From the IMG/VR virus record IMGVR_UViG_3300032216_000918: 20,000 nt of DNA; one strand, given 5' to 3'. Made by a program: the position numbers and the translations under genes. Source of the DNA: an uncultured virus (IMG/VR IMGVR_UViG_3300032216_000918) (lineage: Duplodnaviria; Heunggongvirae; Uroviricota; Caudoviricetes). Below the pieces are notes generated by a model that was given only the letters and a program-made list of their open reading frames with translations, made no database searches and was not told the origin of the DNA. Positions 17,317-20,000 of this stretch are shown piece by piece; position 1 is the first letter of the stretch; each line of letters begins with the position of its first letter.

Positions 17317-17721
17317 TTATTTAGTTGGTTTACGTACTGATACTGATACTTCGGACATGGAGTTTAACCCAGCTGGTACTGCCCCAGGATTTTCCTCCAA
17401 GAACAACGCCATATTCTTTTGCGAAATGCGTCTCTCAAATAAATCTAGCGCATCGTGCTCCATAGCAAACGACTTAAATGAATCCCAATCGTCTGTGTAA
17501 TAGCGTGTTTTTTGTGACAGGATAATTGTGCCTTCGTCTGTTTTTACAGATTGAAGACCGAGTGCCACCATCTGATCCTTCATGGCATTTTTAATTTCCT
17601 CCTGTTGTGCTTTAAGCTCTTCAAGCTGTGTTTCATACTGCGTGGTTAGCTCGTTGACCTTTGTGTATATCTTGCGATATACCTTTGCTAGTTTGTCTAG
17701 CGGAATAGCTTCGTCTGACAT
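17317..17721 (-). CDS. Conserved phage replication-module protein (N-terminal coiled coil)
   Basis: 134 aa with a strong Shine-Dalgarno AAAGGAGG. Coiled coil followed by DWDSFKSF...LFERRI...F.EENP...PAGLN...VSVRK, a pattern often seen beside phage SNF2 helicases. Function unknown. Confidence 0.7.
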   Translation of the reverse strand: MSDEAIPLDKLAKVYRKIYTKVNELTTQYETQLEELKAQQEEIKNAMKDQMVALGLQSVKTDEGTIILSQKTRYYTDDWDSFKSFAMEHDALDLFERRISQKNMALFLEENPGAVPAGLNSMSEVSVSVRKPTK

Positions 17722-17740
17722 ACTTCCTCCTTTGTCAATA

Positions 17741-17769
17741 ATTATACATCATTGCTGATGGCAATACAA
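17741..17769 (-). promoter_or_regulatory. Sigma70-type promoter for the 134-aa/SSB-like/HTH/primase genes
   Basis: On the - strand: TTGTAT (17769-17764), a 17-bp spacer, TATAAT (17746-17741), then Shine-Dalgarno AAAGGAGG and ATG at 17721. Confidence 0.7.
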
Positions 17770-17783
17770 CCCGAATACGGGTT
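17768..17783. terminator. Short hairpin right after the helicase stop (weak or bidirectional terminator candidate)
   Basis: AACCCG-AATA-CGGGTT perfect 6-bp stem. The T-run is on the + side; the U-tract on the - side is poor. Confidence 0.35.
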
Positions 17784-17784
17784 T

Positions 17785-19347
17785 TTAAATTTCACCAATC
17801 TCCTCCTTATACAGATTGAGCAGAATGTCGTGTCCTTCTACACGCTTCTCCAGTTGTGCAAACATCCGCTTTTCTATATCGCTACCTTGTAAGTGTATCA
17901 CAGTTACATTTTTACCCGTCTGACCAATTCGGTCGGCACGGGCGATACATTGTAGGTAGGTCTCAACAGACATAACGGGGCCATAAAATACTACTGTGTC
18001 AGCCGCTGTTAGGGTTACGCCATGGGAGGCTGACTGGGGTTGTACAACTAATATGCGGGGGTTAGGCTCGGTCTGAAACCGTTTGAATATATCAGTACGT
18101 TTGTTAACCGATACGTCCCCGTGGATAACTTCCGCCGCCACATTGTGCTTTAAAAGAAACTCGTGGATAGCCTCAATACTGTGCCTAAATGGTGCAAAGA
18201 CAATAACTTTTCTGTTGGTTTCTTCCAACACTTCTAGAAGAACGTTCAAACGTGGGGCGCAATCAAACTCCACAACCTCATGGGCATCTGTATAGGCAGC
18301 ACCTGCTGAAATTTGTAGCAACTTTGATACGCCTGCCGCTGCATTGACAGCTGTAATAGTCTCGCCTGAAGCCTGCATAACCATGCGCTCTTTAATGAGC
18401 TTGTAGTATTTAACCTGTTGCGGTGTCAGAGGTATCTCGCGAGTCTCTGTTAGTACTGGGGGTAGGTCTGTACACTCTTCTTTGGTAAACCTAATGGCTG
18501 GTTGCAGTGCAGCAAACACAGCCTCAGCCGCTCCGCTCTTAGGTACCCATTTAAACTGCGTGAGCTTTTTCATCACCTTATCACGCCATGCGGTAGCAAA
18601 CTTAGGCACACCAGCTGGATTAACTAACTTAGCCAAACCATACGCATCCATCGGCGATTGAGCTGAGGGAGTTCCAGTCATCATCCACAGCATAGACTCA
18701 GGGCGTACGATTTTGCTCAACGACTTCCACCGTTTAGTAGATGCGTTCTTGTATGCGTTTGCTTCATCTACTATGACTAAATCAAACCGCCCGTCTTTAG
18801 CAACTTCATCGGCAATTAAATTGAGCCCATCATAATTAACAATCACAAACTCATAATCACCTTGAACCATCTCGATACGTCTACTAGCCTGAGCGTGGTG
18901 CGCCACAATTGCTGATCTGTTAATAACGCTATTAGCAATACCGCTCATCCAAGCGTCGTGCATGATTGACAAAGGGCACAGAATTAAACAACGGCGTACT
19001 TTCTTTAATCGCATCAAGTAGTCTGCTGCCCATAAAGCGCTAAGTGTTTTACCAGTTCCGGGGTCGTTAAATACAAATGCTTTTGGGTTAAGCGTTAAGA
19101 ATGAAGCTGTTTCTACTTGATGGGCAAAGGGTCTGTGTTTTCCAGGCCACTCGTACCGAGCTGTGATAGGCGAGGTTAGATCTTTAACACCTAAGTTTCT
19201 TAATACTCTAACCTCATCAAGCCCCCAAAATACTGCCATCTCATACACACCTGCGTTCTCGCCAACTACTTTACTGCGCGGAATAATACTGTACTTGTCT
19301 GGCGTCCTAGTCCGAAAGACTAGAGCCTTGTTCTCTACTATTTCCAT
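17785..19347 (-). CDS. SNF2-family (SF2) DNA helicase
   Basis: 520 aa. Walker A DPGTGKT, motif Ia LILCPLS, motif II IVDEAN, motif III MMTGTP, motif V SHGVTLTAAD, motif VI QCIARADRIGQ. Confidence 0.9.
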   Translation of the reverse strand: MEIVENKALVFRTRTPDKYSIIPRSKVVGENAGVYEMAVFWGLDEVRVLRNLGVKDLTSPITARYEWPGKHRPFAHQVETASFLTLNPKAFVFNDPGTGKTLSALWAADYLMRLKKVRRCLILCPLSIMHDAWMSGIANSVINRSAIVAHHAQASRRIEMVQGDYEFVIVNYDGLNLIADEVAKDGRFDLVIVDEANAYKNASTKRWKSLSKIVRPESMLWMMTGTPSAQSPMDAYGLAKLVNPAGVPKFATAWRDKVMKKLTQFKWVPKSGAAEAVFAALQPAIRFTKEECTDLPPVLTETREIPLTPQQVKYYKLIKERMVMQASGETITAVNAAAGVSKLLQISAGAAYTDAHEVVEFDCAPRLNVLLEVLEETNRKVIVFAPFRHSIEAIHEFLLKHNVAAEVIHGDVSVNKRTDIFKRFQTEPNPRILVVQPQSASHGVTLTAADTVVFYGPVMSVETYLQCIARADRIGQTGKNVTVIHLQGSDIEKRMFAQLEKRVEGHDILLNLYKEEIGEI

Positions 19348-19540
19348 CTTCGTTTCTCTCTTCTTTTTGGTCGATGTAATCTTTTAATGTTGTTTGTTTT
19401 TTCTTCCCAAAGATTGTTTCAAAGTTTTTATCGAACACTTCCATGGGTACACCTAGTGGGCGTGGTGTGTCGCCTTTACCGTTATCTCTCATATCACTTG
19501 CTCCGCTGTCTACTATGTTTGTTGGTACGTCGTGTTTCAT
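19307..19540 (-). CDS. Hypothetical small phage protein (GKGDTPRP...FDKNFETIFGKKK)
   Basis: The ATG at 19540 forms an ATGA overlap with the upstream 39-aa ORF, so it is preferred over the track's TTG at 19552. The motif resembles a small phage protein family. Confidence 0.6.
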   Translation of the reverse strand: MKHDVPTNIVDSGASDMRDNGKGDTPRPLGVPMEVFDKNFETIFGKKKQTTLKDYIDQKEERNEDGNSREQGSSLSD

Positions 19541-19656
19541 CCGATTCTCCAATATCGGTCGTTCGGGTTATTAAGCATTGCTTTAATAAGCTCATCTGTA
19601 TTAAAGAACCATTGAATAACTTTCGTGCCATCATGCTGCATGATTTCAAAACTCAT
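19537..19656 (-). CDS. Hypothetical 39-aa protein, not in the ORF track (MSFEIMQHDGTKVIQWFFNTDELIKAMLNNPNDRYWRIG)
   Basis: Translated by hand. ATGA overlaps at both ends (19653-19656 and 19537-19540) fill the gap exactly. Confidence 0.7.
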   Translation of the reverse strand: MSFEIMQHDGTKVIQWFFNTDELIKAMLNNPNDRYWRIG

Positions 19657-20000
19657 TCCATATACTCTTTTGGTGGGCGATCATCGCCTTCTTTGTACGT
19701 CTTTGCGTATAAAGTCAGCATGCGAATATTACACATCACATGCGCTAGGTGTGGATGACCTGACTCAGGATCTATTTCTTCCCCGCGTTGCCATGCAGCT
19801 AGATGGCGCATAGCGCAAGCATAAGGCACAGACCACGGCATTCCTTTAGCCCAGTTCCATGCGTTGTACTTCTTAGTTCCGTAATCCCACACCCTAGCTT
19901 CATCTTCTAAAGTCCATAAGGGTATCAAGCTCATGTCAGGTTTGTTGCTGTTGTACCTTGCACCGGAACCTTTTTCTTTGCTGTTTACATCTCCTATACC
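19653..20000 (-). CDS. dATP/dGTP diphosphohydrolase N-terminal domain (DUF5664-like) protein, 5'-truncated
   Basis: The frame is open to the window edge (GIGDVNSKEKGSGARYNSNKPDMSLIP...). Motifs YGTKKY.AWNW.KG, A.MRHL.AW..GE..DPESG.PHLAH..CN and DDRP are characteristic of this family. Confidence 0.8.
   Translation of the reverse strand, partial: GIGDVNSKEKGSGARYNSNKPDMSLIPLWTLEDEARVWDYGTKKYNAWNWAKGMPWSVPYACAMRHLAAWQRGEEIDPESGHPHLAHVMCNIRMLTLYAKTYKEGDDRPPKEYME

Noticed and set aside
13492..19813. + strand ORFs opposite the replication genes (e.g. 16296-16556, 19387-19758) and nested 16681-16893
   Set aside because: They are shadows of well-supported, translationally coupled - strand genes.
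1..20000. CRISPR array, integrase, transposase, reverse transcriptase/DGR or alternative genetic code
   Set aside because: No spaced direct repeats or relevant motifs were seen, and the long ORFs are intact under the standard code.

Overview
The window is part of a tailed dsDNA phage genome with podovirus-like gene content, resembling uncultured aquatic phages (inference). It has two convergent arms. The + arm (<1-12528) is a virion/ejection-protein module: a 5'-truncated Gly-rich protein, a small GNAT-like protein, two Gln/Gly/Ala-rich putative ejection proteins, and a 2761-aa large polyvalent protein. That protein has a hydrophobic N-terminal part, a long coiled coil, a zincin-like metallopeptidase, an ADP-ribosyltransferase-like domain and a C-terminal LPD38-like domain. 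The - arm (12512->20000) is a replication module: a dATP/dGTP diphosphohydrolase-like gene (5'-truncated), small hypotheticals, a SNF2-like helicase, a Cys-containing SSB-like protein, an HTH protein and an AEP primase/DUF927 helicase fusion. Reading by hand adds three short ORFs missing from the ORF track, including a 49-aa signal-peptide, six-cysteine microprotein coupled to the SSB-like gene. It also adds a multi-stem non-coding element upstream of the HTH gene and a near-consensus sigma70 promoter with an overlapping palindrome. Family assignments come from motif recognition only; no searches were run.
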